DNA of 64,000 bases from positions 806,001 to 870,000 of the forward strand of contig OX597832.1 in assembly GCA_951406725.2 (NCBI GenBank), read 5' to 3'. The notes under the pieces are model-generated. The model saw nothing but the letters and a program-made list of their open reading frames with translations, had not been told where the DNA came from and did no database searches. Position numbers and translations under genes: made by a program. This document shows positions 1 through 13,569 of this stretch, piece after piece. This DNA comes from Octopus vulgaris (lineage: Eukaryota). Each line of letters starts with the position of its first letter. Position 1 is the stretch's first letter.

Positions 1-156
1 GTGTGTGTGTGTGTGTGTATGCATGCATATATATATGTGTATGTATATATATATGTATGCATGTATCTATATATATATGTATATATATGTATATATATAT
101 GTATATATAAATGTATATATATATATATGTATATATGTATGTTATATGTATTTATT

Positions 157-204
<48 letters not shown>

Positions 205-207
205 CAT
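1..207. repeat. Compound (TG)n/(TA)n/(CA)n microsatellite
   Basis: Direct reading; ORFs here are IY/TH/CV artefacts. Confidence 0.95.
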
Positions 208-382
208 ATATATTTGTAAAAAATGAAGTTCGAAAATGCTGCTGTATTATACAATTTTTAATTTTTATATATACATTGTAACATGTTATAATGTATATAT
301 AAAACATGTTATAATGTATATATAAAAATAAAAAATTGTATAATACAGCTGCATTTTCGAACTTCATTTTTTACAAATATAT
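208..382. repeat. AT-rich palindrome between microsatellites
   Basis: atatatttgtaaaaaatgaagttcgaaaatgc... is mirrored by ...gcattttcgaacttcattttttacaaatatat. Confidence 0.85.
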
Positions 383-414
383 ACCTACTCGTATACGAGC
401 TAATCCTATTATAA

Positions 415-871
<457 letters not shown>

Positions 872-988
872 TATATATATGTATTGTTAAAAACGGTAAG
901 ATAACAAAAGAAGGAAAGAGACCTCTATATTATGTAAATAGAAGAAATTTATCTGTAAAACAATATGTGACAATTATTCGGTAGCCAA

Positions 989-1049
989 GATAAAACTCTG
1001 AGTTTCGGATGCCGAGGTGGAAATCCACACCACCATCTCTTCGGTTATC
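989..1049 (-). ncRNA. Type I hammerhead ribozyme, degenerate core (PLE terminus)
   Basis: Minus strand GAUAA-CCGAAGA-GAUG...CAUC(C)-GAAA-CUCAGAG-UU-UUAUC; same family as the copies at 59696-59866. Confidence 0.65.
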
Positions 1050-1091
1050 TGGCCATCTGAAAAACGCTATGAAAAAAGACCGTTATACAAA

Positions 1092-2222
1092 GGGAAATTA
1101 CTGTGTTATAGTCCGCCACTTATACAAAAGCGCTAATTCGAATGACCGCTAATTAAGATACGGTTAAAAGTTCATAGTAAACACCTAAGCATGGCTGTTC
1201 ATACGTACACATGTGCGCTCGGCACCAACGTGCGTAAGTACACATCACTATGAAAACGAACACATCTTCACTCGCATTAATCGCCAAATGTATATGCATA
1301 TATATATACAAACTCACACACACACGCGCGCACCGTAAAAGTTCATACATACGTCTACATACGCACAAGCACAAGAAAAGACAGAGTAACAATACAGAAA
1401 AAAAGACATAAGGAAGTATACAAAGAGTAAACCACATTCATATACGCACATACCCTTATGCAAGCACAGACACACACGCCCATATAGGTACATATCCGCA
1501 CACGTCTATATACGCATACACACACACTCACGCACAAAAAAGGATTATACATACGCCCAAAAAAAAAACAGGAAAAATTGTAAAATTACTGTGTAAAAAC
1601 GTCTCTCTATATATATGTATTCTTATGTCCGCACAAACGCACACATCTATATACATACATATCCGCCCACTCGTACATGTCCACACACGCGTACAAATGA
1701 ATCCATATACACGTCTATATAGGCACAAGGAAAAATGCACGATGGGAGGTAGAGTACAGAAAAAATTATTATGTGTAAAAATAATATATCTATAAACCAA
1801 ATTCTCTATAATATATATATAAATATATATGAAAAAATAAAAGTAAAAGGTATAATGAAATAAAAACACTTTTACGTGGACATATACTTCCTTATGTCTT
1901 TTTTTCTGTATTGTTACCCCGTCTTTCCTTGTGCTTGTGCATATGTAGACGTATGTATGAACTTTTATGGTGCGCGTGTGTGTGTGTGTATGAGTTTGTA
2001 TATATATATATATATATATGCATATACATTTGGCGATTAATGCGAGTGAAGATGTGTACGTTTTCATAGTGATGTATACGTACGTGGGTGCGCGAGCGCA
2101 CATGTGTACGTATGAACAGCCATGCTTACGTGTTTAATATGAACATTTAACCTTATCTTAATTAGCGGTCATTCGAATTAGCGCTTTTGTATAAGTGGCA
2201 GACTATAACACAGTAATTTCCC
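1092..2222. repeat. Inverted repeat, arms about 1092-1420 and 1883-2222 (probable inverted PLE terminal region)
   Basis: gggaaattactgtgttatagtc...aattcgaatgaccgctaattaagat is mirrored at about 2155-2222; adjoins the HHR-bearing segment 880-1090. Confidence 0.8.
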
Positions 2223-2670
2223 AGGCGAGAGTTCGGGAAGTAAGGGTGGTGTCTAAGGGATGGTGGGTTGGAATGTGTATGGGTGGGGTAACGAGGGAGT
2301 GGATGACGATGAAGGGAGAGGGTGGAAGGGAGAAAGTGGGTAGGAGTGAAGAGAGGAACTAGGTGCCAGAGCAAAAGATGAGAGGTGGGTTGGAGGAATT
2401 AGGTGTGAGAGGAAGAGAGGAGAGAGGAGAAGGGTTAGATGAAGAGGGGAGGAGAGTTGGGCCCATGAGGGGCAAAGGAGCAAAGAGAGAAGATTAATCC
2501 CTGCTCACTGCAAAGACGGGAGTCCGGATGGCCCTTGTGCAAAAACAATCCGACACAGGTGTTGTAAAGAGTGACCGGTAAAGCGGAAATAGCGCGAGAC
2601 CGGGATATCGTTTTCGAGTCGGATTCTCGGAGGTATTCCGTGAACCGGTCAGCCAAGCGGCATCCAATAA
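2223..2670 (-). mobile_element. Neptune-like PLE 3' fragment (GIY-YIG C-terminus and UTR)
   Basis: Peptide [13 protein letters not shown]...[32 protein letters not shown] matches the end of ORF 61150..63492. Confidence 0.85.
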
Positions 2671-2749
2671 ATGTATATGTATATATGTATATTATATATT
2701 TATATATATATATATGCATATATACATATATATATATGTATATGTATAA

Positions 2750-2831
<82 letters not shown>

Positions 2832-3734
2832 GTGTGTGTGTGTATATATTTATATATATATATATATGCATAGAGATTCTGAATATGCAATCATTCCCGT
2901 ATGACCAAGAATAAACGGAATAAAAAATGGGTGTGTAGAGATGAGCCTGAAATAAGTGTATTGTTTGTATTATTCTTTGCTCTTCGAAACGTCAGTACTT
3001 TCCCATCCTCATTCTCCCTTAGAAAAGTCTAAAAATCATAAGTGAAATGTAATAAAGATGAAATTGGATTCTGTCAATATTTTTGCATATTCAGAATCTC
3101 TGTTAAAGGTAGGAATCCGAAAATAAATTTTCACAAAAATTCGTTTTTCAAAGAGGTGCGATTCTGCATTAGCCCCTATACCTATTGGTTGAGCCGAATG
3201 AAATGATTTAATTAAAAAAACACATTTAGTTACATTATATGGCCATGGTTTTAGATCGTTACGCTCTCGAAGACAAGTCAGGTGCTTTATCATGCTACTT
3301 GTCAATTCCGGGAAAATTATTGACTGTTCTGAGACTTACTGAACTCCGTACATTAAAAGACTACGTCTCACGCACACATTGAAAATATACGCATATATAT
3401 GAATACACACACAATGAAAGACAGCGAAAATTCAACATTGTAAAAAGCCTCCCAAAACTTTTGTGGCAGAAGTCAACATCTCTGAGATTAAAACAAGACA
3501 CTTATTGAAAGTGAAACAAGACACTTATTTACGTCTGTAAATAGACTACACCCAGCAGCACAGAAAGAGAAATCTATGTAGGTTAGGTTTGACGAAGAAA
3601 TCGAAACATTTCTCCTGCGAAACAATACTGATGTAAGAAGATCGAACCTTACGTTATTACAAACACTAAGCAAAACCTGTAATATATGCTCTTTAATATA
3701 TTAATTTTGTTAATGTTTTAAAATGTTATTTACC

Positions 3735-5853
3735 TCATTTATAAATTAATTCAATTCTTCGATCCTTCTGGGCAAATATATCTATCACATTTTCATAGAA
3801 ATCTCTTTTCATCAATTCTTGTAATAAATATTTTTCAATTGACATTAGTGCTAACCCAGATAGTGCTAACTCCTGTCGCATTTCTTTGGTATGTTTTAAT
3901 TCTACTTAATGTAGAAAAGGATCGCTCTACAGAAGCAGTGGTAGACGGAATTGTCAAAATCAACTTGCACAGATTGAAGAGTTCTGGCATAGCTTCAACA
4001 AGATCACTGCTGTTAATGTAACTCATTAAATGACTTACACTTGGTTTTTTTAAAAATCTTTCATTGAATACATCACATTGAGCTCACTTTGTAATCGTAT
4101 TACATCAACAAATCTGCCATAAGTTGTTCTTAAAGAATCTAAAGAGTCCACGGGAAATTGTTGAAATTCAAAAGTTCCATGAATTTAAACTCTTCTAAGG
4201 ATGAATATCGTGCTTTTACTTGGTCAACTATTGTACTGATAATTTTGTTATAAAGCATTCTATAATGTCGTTGGGGATCAATAGATATATTCTTGGATCT
4301 CTGAATTCCGATTCCTGCATCGACTCCATATTTTTCCCCTAACCTATCATAAAAGATTGAAAAATTATCAAGTTTGTTTTCGAGTACAGTCTAATCTATT
4401 TCGAGTACAGCTTAATCTATTTGCTCTTTACAATACACTACGTCATGACTTTTACTCTGGAGTATGTTAAATAAGACGTCAGTAAAAGAAAAAAATGTCA
4501 CTGAATACTTCTAACAAAAATAAGAAATCAGGAGCTTTTAAAGTGTGTAAGAATCCAATTGCTGAATTTATGGTGGTATCATCCCATGCTTCAGGATTTT
4601 CAATGATGTGTTCAAAAAGGCTGATTATGAAATTATAATTTTCCTTTGTGGTAATAATAAGACGTGAGGAGTAATTCCATCTAGTTGCTGTTGCTTTCGG
4701 AAATCTTTTTTTAACAATGTTATCTAATGCATTCGCCCTTTTCGGTGATTTCGTAAAAAATGTACCGAGTCCGTTTATTGTAGAAAAAAATATCTTGCAT
4801 TCCTTCATAGCAGAGCATGATTGTGAAAGAACTAAATTTAGGATATGGGCACAACAATGAATAAAGATCGCGCATTCATATTTCTTTCTTACTTTTGCCT
4901 GTAACCCATTTAGTTGTCCTGCCATTGTAGCAGCACCATCATATGTCTGTGCAGTCAATTTGTATCCACATTCCCACGTCTCAATGCATTTAAAAACACG
5001 TTCAGATAAAGCATTTGCAGATCGATCTGCACTAACATCACTAAAACCGATAAATCGTTCTTTCGTCACACAGTCTTCTGTAACATAACGTAAAACTGTT
5101 GACAGTTGTGAAGATGCTGAGACATCAGATGTCTCATCAACAAGAATAGAAACAAACTTAGCTTCTGCATCTCATTCAGCATAACTTTATGAATTGCTTC
5201 GATCAAGTCATTTTGAATTCTGTTCGACAGACCAGTGAAGATAGAAGCTGTATCTAGATGACTTTCCATTTTTTTGTCATATTTACTGATCAAATAAACG
5301 AGTTCTTTATAATTTCCACGATTATTAGAGCCGTCAGATTCAAAATGACCCCGAAACGATAATTCCTGGAGGCCTAAAAAATAACAACATCGATCAATCG
5401 TTGCAGAATGGATCTGTTTCGTCGAACTTTCTCATTATGATGTTGTATGCTTTGATTTTTACGTGCATCTAATTGTAAGTCTATGCGAACATACCCGAAT
5501 ATTTTAAGATCTATCAAACATTTTATATGCCTTTGAGAACGCTCGTGCTTTAGCATAGCCATATGTAAATTATTTAAATCATCATAACCTTTATCATTCC
5601 AAACATTTTTTTCTAAGCCAAAAAGTAAACACGGCCAACAGAATAATTTATTAAGAGCAACACTTCCAGTTAACCATTTCTTCTTTTCATATGAATTAAC
5701 CTGAAATTGTCTCGTGAATTTCTTGTTGTAGCTTCGCAAATTAGGTAAATTCGGTGTTGGTCTCCCAACATTCATAATTAATTATTTTCCATCGAAGTCT
5801 CTTTTCGAAAAACTATTTCTCAAAATATCGTTTATAACACACATTTCACTCAT
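3735..5853 (-). pseudogene. hAT-superfamily transposase (ZMYM1-like/DUF4371 plus hAT dimerisation domain), frameshifted
   Basis: Successive ORFs: WLTGSVALNKLFCWPCLLF; SNRIQNDLIEAI; ERFIGF...QTYDGAATMAG...FIHCCAHILNL...TRWN; LTIPSTTASVERSFSTLSRIK; ends KDRRIELIYK*. Confidence 0.9.
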
Positions 5854-6598
5854 TTTGAAAAAGGCGTAAATTGTAAGTCAATTTCAACAAAACGGAAAAA
5901 TACCCTTTGTTAAATTAATTTAAGATTAATTAGCTATTTCTGAAATAAGAAATATAATATAGATTATATTTTTGTTTTCAAAACACTTCAAAAATATAAT
6001 AGTGCAAACGGATGTTTTGGATAAAAAAATTCAAAGTTACATGCCAAGCTATTCCAACATTTCAGCTGGCTAACTCAAGAATTATGGGCTTGCTCTTGTT
6101 CCGGTCAAAAGTGGAACCAGGTTAGCAACAATTCTACACTAACCAATAGACAGAGAGGCGTGTCATGCAGTCTTCTCAAAGCATGACATGCCACAATGAA
6201 TTTGTCGAATCACTGAGAGAGAAGAAGGGGGTACAAACTATTATGAATGACCATTCCTCCTAGCATATCTTTTAAACAAGTCACTAAGAGAGATAGGAAG
6301 GAGGGACAAACTAACAAAGAGAGAGAGAGGGGGTGTCATATGGTCGTCTCAAAGCATGACAGGCCACAATGAATTTATCGACTCACTAAGAGAGAGCGAG
6401 AGATAAAGGAAGGACAAACTAATACAGACAGAGAGGGAGAGTGTGTCATGCGATCTTCTCAAAGCATTTCGCAAAGCAGAAGTACGAGTCAATGAGAGAG
6501 GGGGAGACAAAATATTTCGAAAACAACTGGACGGATTTTCTTTGAAACAAAGAAGGCATGCAGCGCATACCTTGCATACCTGAGAGTGCACGCCCCTG
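3735..6598 (-). mobile_element. hAT DNA transposon, only the 5' TIR seen
   Basis: Terminus CAGGGGCGTGCAC (minus) at 6598; imperfect subterminal repeats (tgtcatg...tctcaaagcat) at about 6160, 6335 and 6445; no matching left TIR found. Confidence 0.75.
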
Positions 6599-6651
6599 GT
6601 ATATGTATATATATATATATATGTATATATTTATATATATATATGCATATA

Positions 6652-6747
<96 letters not shown>

Positions 6748-6794
6748 TAAATGAAAGAATGGAGTCGAACGAAGATGTTAACAAAATTCCTTTA

Positions 6795-6880
6795 CTCTCG
6801 GCACATGTTTCGAAGACAGCATTTTCTCATTCCAAAGGAATAAAGGGTGCATTATGCAATCTTCTCATCAGGAAAGAAAG
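6795..6880 (-). ncRNA. Degenerate hammerhead-like motif
   Basis: CUGAUGA-GAAGA...UCUUC-GAAA-CAUG-U(G): palindromic helix III, but the cleavage nucleotide is G and helix I is poor. Confidence 0.45.
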
Positions 6881-6996
6881 GGAGACTCTCTCGACAACAA
6901 GACAAACAAAAATTTCGATGATTGCCTACATGGTAAATAAAGCGATAACTAATTTTCCATGCTGACGATAAACATAGAATAATTCATTCCCCTACT

Positions 6997-7068
<72 letters not shown>

Positions 7069-7074
7069 TGTATA

Positions 7075-7121
<47 letters not shown>

Positions 7122-7329
7122 TCTGACTGACTTGGATAACCAATTCCTGGATTTTTACACCTAAGGATTACTGTTACTATTCATCCAGAGTACGCCACTG
7201 TAATCGTGATTGGAAATCAAAAAAATTTTTCCGTGACTCTTCCACTTTTCCCGTCCTCTTTTTACCTTTCTTCTTCTACTTCCACTTTTCTACTTGTGTC
7301 GCCACCATTTACACCTACACAGACACACA

Positions 7330-9605
7330 CCCTCTCACCATGCCTGACCTGCACTCCTTCCTCCAAAACCTTCAATCCTTTCTTTGCCGTTTTCTTGCCT
7401 CACCCCAATGCTTGCAACCCGCAAAAAACTCTCACTTTTTAAAAAAACTCGCCACTTTAGCCATCTCTCCTTTCTTAGCTGTTGCCTCCGCCATCACGTC
7501 ACACCCCGTGGCTTCCTCTTGAAGTTCCACACCACCCCCTATTCCTCCCCTTCATCGAACCCACCCTCGCCCGCACTTCCGCCTCCTCATCCGTGCCACC
7601 ATCCGTTCCACCCGCTCCCTCCTTCACTCTCTTGACCACCAACCTCCCCAGGCTTACCTCCTCCCTCTGCCCTCCACCCTTCACCCAACCCATTGTCCGC
7701 TTCATTCTTAATCTCAAAAACCAACTCCACAATTTTCTCACACACACAAAACAAAAAACTCCACCACCTCCTCAACCCTTCACCTCCTTCCCTCCCACAC
7801 CCCTACACCCTCCCCTCCAGCTCCCTCGATTCCCTTCAATCCCGCACCCACCACGCCCTTTACCCCTGCACCCTCCACAGACCCCCACACACCCCACCCT
7901 GACTTTCCCACCCTTAACCCATCTTCACCAACCATTCCAACTCTCCTCCCCACACCTCAGCACCCCCTCTTCCTGACCCCACTCACCCCACCACTCTGCT
8001 CCCTCGTACTGTTGTCCCTATACCACCCAACCTCCCCCTCTCCGCTTCCGAGCGCTTACTCCTCGGTAGGGGACTCCGCTTCACGCCTCTCACGCCCCAC
8101 TGCGACGAATTTGAGACTCGCACCGACGTCAGCCAGTTCCTGCGCCGCATCAAACTATGCGCGTTTTTCCACACGTCCACACAACGTCACGAGAATCGGG
8201 ATTGCTTTTCGGAGCTGGAGCGCCGCCCATCCAACTGCACGCCGCCTCCAGGCCAATTCTGTAGCCTAGATTTGTTCGTGCACGACAGCAATGCGTTGGT
8301 CAGCCGATTCAATTTCAAAAAAAGATCTCTCCGAGTCAACCTCACCCGTGCTGAATCGTTTACCCTTCGCAACCTCCGTTGCCGCGACGACATTGTCATC
8401 AAACCGGCAGACAAAGGCGGAGCAGTGGTGGTGTGGCGCGCGGACCTATACAGAGAGGAAGCGCTCAGCCAGCTTCAAAATCCCCTCTTCTATCGCCTCC
8501 TCTCCTTGACCTCACCTCCTCCTACCAACAGCGAGTGTCCTCCACCATCTATGACCTCATCTCCTCTTCTGATCTCCCCCCACCGCCACCAACCTCATCG
8601 TCCGAACACCATCTATTTCCTTCCCAAAATACATAAACCCAACAACCCTGGCTGCCCCATCGTTTCTGCTTGTAATTGTCCCACCGAACTCATTTCCAAA
8701 TACCTTGACCGCATCCTGTCCCCTTTAGTCACTGCCCTCCCATCCCACATACATGACACTAATGACACCCTTCGTCTCTTCAATTCCTTTTCCTTCATTC
8801 CCAACCTCTCACACCTTCTCTTCACCTTGGACATCAAATCCCTATACACTGTGGATCCCCCACAACGACGGTCTCTTAGCCTTCCAATACTTCCTCGACC
8901 GTCGCCCTGGCCCCACACCCAGCACCCCCACCCTTTGCCGCCTGGCAGAGCTCGTCCTCACCCTCAACCGCTTTACGTTCGCCGGGGAAACCTACCAACA
9001 GGTGTCTGAGGTTGCTTTGGGAACGAGAATGGGCTCCAATTTCGCCAACCTCTTTGTTGGCCACATTGAGGCCCAAGCATTCTCTCAATTCTCCGGGCCG
9101 ACCCCAGAGTTATACGGTCGCTACATAGACGACTGTATAGGTGCCACCGCCCTCTCCCGTGAGCAACTCTGCCACTTCATCTCTTTCCTCTCTAACTTCC
9201 ACCCTTCTCTCCAATTCACTTCTACTATCCCTGACACTTCTGTCAACTTCCTCGACATCTCTCTTACCATTGACCACCCCTCCCACTCTTTCACCACCTC
9301 CGCCTTCTTCAAACCCATCTCTACCTCAACTTCTCCTCCTCCCATCCCTTCCAGACCAAACGGTCCATCCCCTACTCCCAGTCCCTCCGTCTCCGACGCT
9401 TGTGTAGCCGTGACCAGGATTTTGAGACCCTGTTACAATACCTGGCCCGCCTGTTCAGGCATCGAGGATACCCCCAACCCTTGTCCAGAACGCCCTTGCC
9501 CGCGCTCATCGAATCGCCCGCACCACCGCTCTCTCCTTCCTCTCATCAACCCCCTAACCGCACCCCCTTTCCCCTCCTTTTCCACCCCTCCACTCTGCTC
9601 CTTCG
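7330..9605 (+). mobile_element. Neptune-like PLE, degraded RT region
   Basis: IVIKPADKGGAVVVW, YFLPKIHK, LLFTLDIKSLYT, ALGTRMG, YGRYIDD across frameshifted ORFs; homologous to 61150-63947. Confidence 0.9.
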
Positions 9606-9724
9606 TTAGACCTAATATTTACTAACTTTGGAGAAAAAAAGAAAAAATTGAATGAATCTGAATATATTGAATTATAATTTTTATTCTTTTTTTTTCTCCA
9701 AAGTTAGTAAATATTAGGTCTAAC
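9606..9724. repeat. Short foldback capping the truncated PLE
   Basis: gttagacctaatatttactaactttggagaaaa ... ttttctccaaagttagtaaatattaggtctaac. Confidence 0.85.
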
Positions 9725-9792
9725 ATTTTCTTTTAATTCAACTTATTAAAATAATCACCACTAGCTAATTATGATTATATATTAATGGAAAT

Positions 9793-9850
<58 letters not shown>

Positions 9851-10301
9851 CGATTTCTATATTTTCTATTACTATATAAGATACAAATATTTATTGAAAT
9901 CATTTAGCTAATTGTCTGAGGGTATTTGCTTAGGTTTCTAGATGTAAAATCTGGATGTCAAGTGGTAGTAGTCATTAAAACCTCTAGGACATTAATAGTC
10001 TATCTTCCCCAACCACTTTAACTTCAACATGAAAAATTTCTGACATTTGTTCTACTCCTTCCTATATCTATAAATAGAAAAAGAATTCTTTGTCTCCATC
10101 CAACCAAATATCCCTCCCTCCCCACTAACAGATCTAAATAACTAAGTATAAAATCTACAGTCAGGGAGTAAATCTTAATACTATCATGTCCATAAGAATC
10201 GAATCAACCTCTCTGTCTGTATATCTACCCTCTTTATAATGTTGGCAAACGAAATGAAAATAAGAATATGTATTGTCCGTTTGATGGAAGACTTCTATAA
10301 A

Positions 10302-10385
10302 TGGCTGAAGATTGCTCAACATTTTAAAACTGATGTAATACTTACAATGTTTAATAAAATGAAGTAGCATGAAACGATTGTACCA
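10302..10385 (+). ncRNA. Type I hammerhead ribozyme with long helix II insert
   Basis: UGG-CUGAAGA-(U)UGCU...AGCA(U)-GAAA-CGAUUG-UA-CCA. Confidence 0.65.
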
Positions 10386-10469
10386 AATTACCTAAGATAT
10401 ACTTGTTACTTATTTTGATGATAATCACCCCATGGATTTATATGGATAATACCATACAAAATTCTGGTG

Positions 10470-11003
10470 CCTCTGACTTAAGTACCTTCCCCTCCCCTAC
10501 TCCATATTCCCTATCCTTCCCATCCCCCCACCCCTATCCCACACGCCTCCCCCACCTCTCCACAATATCACACCACACCACACTACACCATACAACATTA
10601 CACAACACATCACAACACACCCATCCCCACATCTTCACACCTACACATACATACACACACACGTCCAGACCACCAGCCCTCTTTCACACGCACATACATA
10701 CTCTCTTATACACACACGCACCTTTGTTTTGGGGGCTCCAAGCGTTGGAGGTCATCTTGACCTTGTTATCTCCCCTACTTTCCCCCTCCTGTCTGACCAT
10801 TTTGTCCGAGTCAGACGCCATGATAGATCGTTAGCCACTACACACATTTTTTTCTGACCTTGTTTTTTCTGTCCACCTTTCTGTAGAAGAGCGTAGGCTC
10901 GAAACGTAAAAGACTTTTTCTATTCCTGAGCACTATACTAATACATCTGTTTGTTTTGTACACCACCTGTCTTCGTCTTTTGTTTATTTTCGTAAACTAT
11001 CCC
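10470..11003 (+). mobile_element. Neptune-like PLE terminal region (pLTR/3' UTR)
   Basis: Homologous to the reverse complement of about 60646-61250; ends at (TA)n. Confidence 0.75.
10877..10912 (+). ncRNA. Minimal hammerhead ribozyme, U6 core variant
   Basis: CUUU-CUGUAGA-A-GAGC GUAG GCUC-GAAA-CG-UA-AAAG. Confidence 0.7.
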
Positions 11004-11018
11004 TTTATATATATATAT

Positions 11019-11082
<64 letters not shown>

Positions 11083-11875
11083 TTATATATCTGTGTATGT
11101 TTAAGAATATATGTGTGTATACATATATATGTGTGTGTGTGTATGTATGTATATATGTTTGTATATATATATATATATATTTGGATAAGTATTTTTGAAA
11201 TCTCCCTACTGCATCCGGGTTGAGAGATTTCAGTGTGTTGTCTGTGTTTTGTGTCTCATGCATGATTTTTATGTGTTGTGGTGGTGTTGTGCGTGGATAA
11301 TTGTTTGCTTTGACATTGTCTCCTTTTATGTCGGTGTCAGGCTTAATGTATTACATTAAGTCTGAATTGTTTGTGTTTATTGCTGTCAGCATTGTGGATT
11401 CCTTGTGTGTTTCTGTGTTTGTGTTAATGCTTTTATTTTCTGCGGGTGTTTTGGTTTCGTGAGTGGTAAACCTCCCTGCTTTGTTTGTTTGCTTCTCTAT
11501 TCTTTTTCTCCTTCCCCCTGTGGCCACATGCCATTCCTCTGTGTCGCCTTCATCGGACGACATGTCGGTGGAATCAGAACGTGGGAGAGGAAAGGGTATT
11601 AGGGTCTATTTCTGCGAGTGTTAATGTTGACTTTGTTGTTGGAGTTGGTGCTGGTTTGTGAGTTGGGATGGGATATGAGCCCTTTTGTTTTTCTCTCTTT
11701 CGTTTAGTGCTTCTATAATTGTTGTTGGTGATGGTGTTGTTTTTGTTCTTTGTGACGCTGATGGTCGTGTTGTTTGGTTGGGCTGGTTTGTTGGTTGCTG
11801 ATGCTCTTTCATTTATTGGTAGTGCTGTTTTATCAGCTGTGCATATGACTGTGTGGGTAGTAATGCTGGTTTTTC

Positions 11876-12543
11876 GGTAATTTTTCAGAGTAACATCCGC
11901 ACGATTTTCACTAAGAAAAAAAATCGATTTTTTGCGTGGAATCAAGTACCCTGACCCCCTAATTTGCTGCAAATTCCTTATTTTGGTTCGGAAAAGGGGA
12001 CGAAATGGGGAGACCCCCGTCCCGGAATCATTGGAATTTCTTTTTTCGTTGAATGAATTCCTGTGACATCCTAATATGCTACAAAACCCTTTTTAGGGTC
12101 CGAAAAACGGAGTGGGGTGAGGTGGAAGCCTCGGAAATTTCACCCACCCCCATTGATCTTTTCAGGGTTAGGGTTTCAGGATTAGGGTTAGGGTTAGGGA
12201 AATCCGTTCCGGATTCATTTGAAATCTTACTGGGGAAAATATCAACGGGAGTGAGAGTGGGTGAAATTTCCGAGGCTTCCACCTCACCTCACTCCATTTT
12301 TCGGACCCCAAAAAGGGTTTTGTAGCATATTAGGATGTCACAGGAATTCATTCAACGAAAAAAGAAATTCCAATGATTACGGGACGGGGAGGGGTCTCCC
12401 CCTTCTCCCCCACCCCACCCTTTCTGAACCAAAATAAGGGATTTGCAGAATATTAAGAGGTCAGGGTACTTGATTCCACGCAAAAAATCCGAGTTTTTTT
12501 TTCCTTAGTGAAAACCGTGCGGGTGTTATTCCGAAAAATTATC
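11876..12543. mobile_element. Non-autonomous foldback/MITE with about 270-bp TIRs and a central TTAGGG-like tract
   Basis: 11876-12147 is mirrored by about 12257-12543; (TTAGGG)-like run at 12162-12199; possible degenerate 8-bp TSD ggtttttc/gtattttc. Confidence 0.85.
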
Positions 12544-12600
12544 GTATTTTCTTTGGTTTTTTGTTTTCTTGTTATTGTGGTTGTTTTTGTTGTTGTTGTT

Positions 12601-12693
12601 TCATCATCATCATCTTCTTCTTCTTCTTCTTCTTCTTCTTCTTCTTCTTCTTCTTCTTCTTCTTCTTCTTCTTCTTCTTCTTCTTCTTCTTCT
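12601..12693. repeat. (TCA)n/(TTC)n microsatellite
   Basis: Direct reading. Confidence 0.95.
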
Positions 12694-13569
12694 TGTTTTT
12701 GTTGCTGTTGCTTCTAGCATATTTGGCAACCAACTTTTTAGTGATTTTTACGCGTGGTTTTCTGCCTTCAACGGCGACATGTAAATTGGTACCATCTGAC
12801 AGTTTCATCAAATCTATATTTTCAATTGTATCTTGATTTGCTTGAATCAAGATTCCGAAAGACTGGCCTATTCTGTTGATCTAGGACGGCAATTTCTAAG
12901 ATGTTAATAACTTCTTCAAAATTGTAGCAGCCATTGTGCTTCACTTTCAGGGGGCACATATTTGAGTTTTATTCTTGTGTCCCTACGCCCTAAGTACGTA
13001 GGGATCATTAGTATTTCTTTAGATTGAAGTAATTCAGTAGAAAAAAAAACTTTGGTTTGCTCTTCTGAGTCAAACCTAACTTCGACTGTGGCATTCTTTT
13101 ACTCCTTATAATGTATTTTTTGTGTGCCTATATGGTCCTTAAACATTTTTCGATTATTTGCTGATTTATGTTTTCGAGTTTCCTCGTATTTAAATTGATT
13201 GTCTTGTATATAATTGTTGGGTTTTTTTTTGTTAATGTTTTCTAAAATGTGCTGCGGTATGTTTAGGTTTATTATGTAAGATAAAAAGTGTCTTGGTTCC
13301 ATTAACTGTTGTAGCATAAGAAAAACAACTCATTTTCATGACAGATTGAAAAAAACATTTTTTTAATGAAATTTTAAAAATGAAAATACACCCGCAGAGT
13401 GGGGATTTTCGGAAAACTGATTCGATTACACGAAAGCTGATGTTAACCAACTCTTATCAAAAATTCAATATAAACAAACATTCATAGATGTGAGAAATCG
13501 TTCAGACTTACGTAGACGAAGCGACAACAGTCGAAAGAGAGAGATTGCCTGCCTGCGTGCCCGCCTGCC

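Noticed and set aside
2933-2997. GUGUAGA...GAGC/GCUC...GAAA-CG-UC hammerhead-like relic
   Set aside because: Core C3 is missing and helix I does not pair.
12162-12199. Telomere or chromosome-fusion scar
   Set aside because: Too short and centred inside a TIR element.
11891-12528. TA target-site duplication for the foldback element
   Set aside because: The inverted symmetry continues about 15 bp beyond the TA dinucleotides.
12508-12850. Poly-S/F/L/K ORFs
   Set aside because: Translations of the (TTC)n tract.
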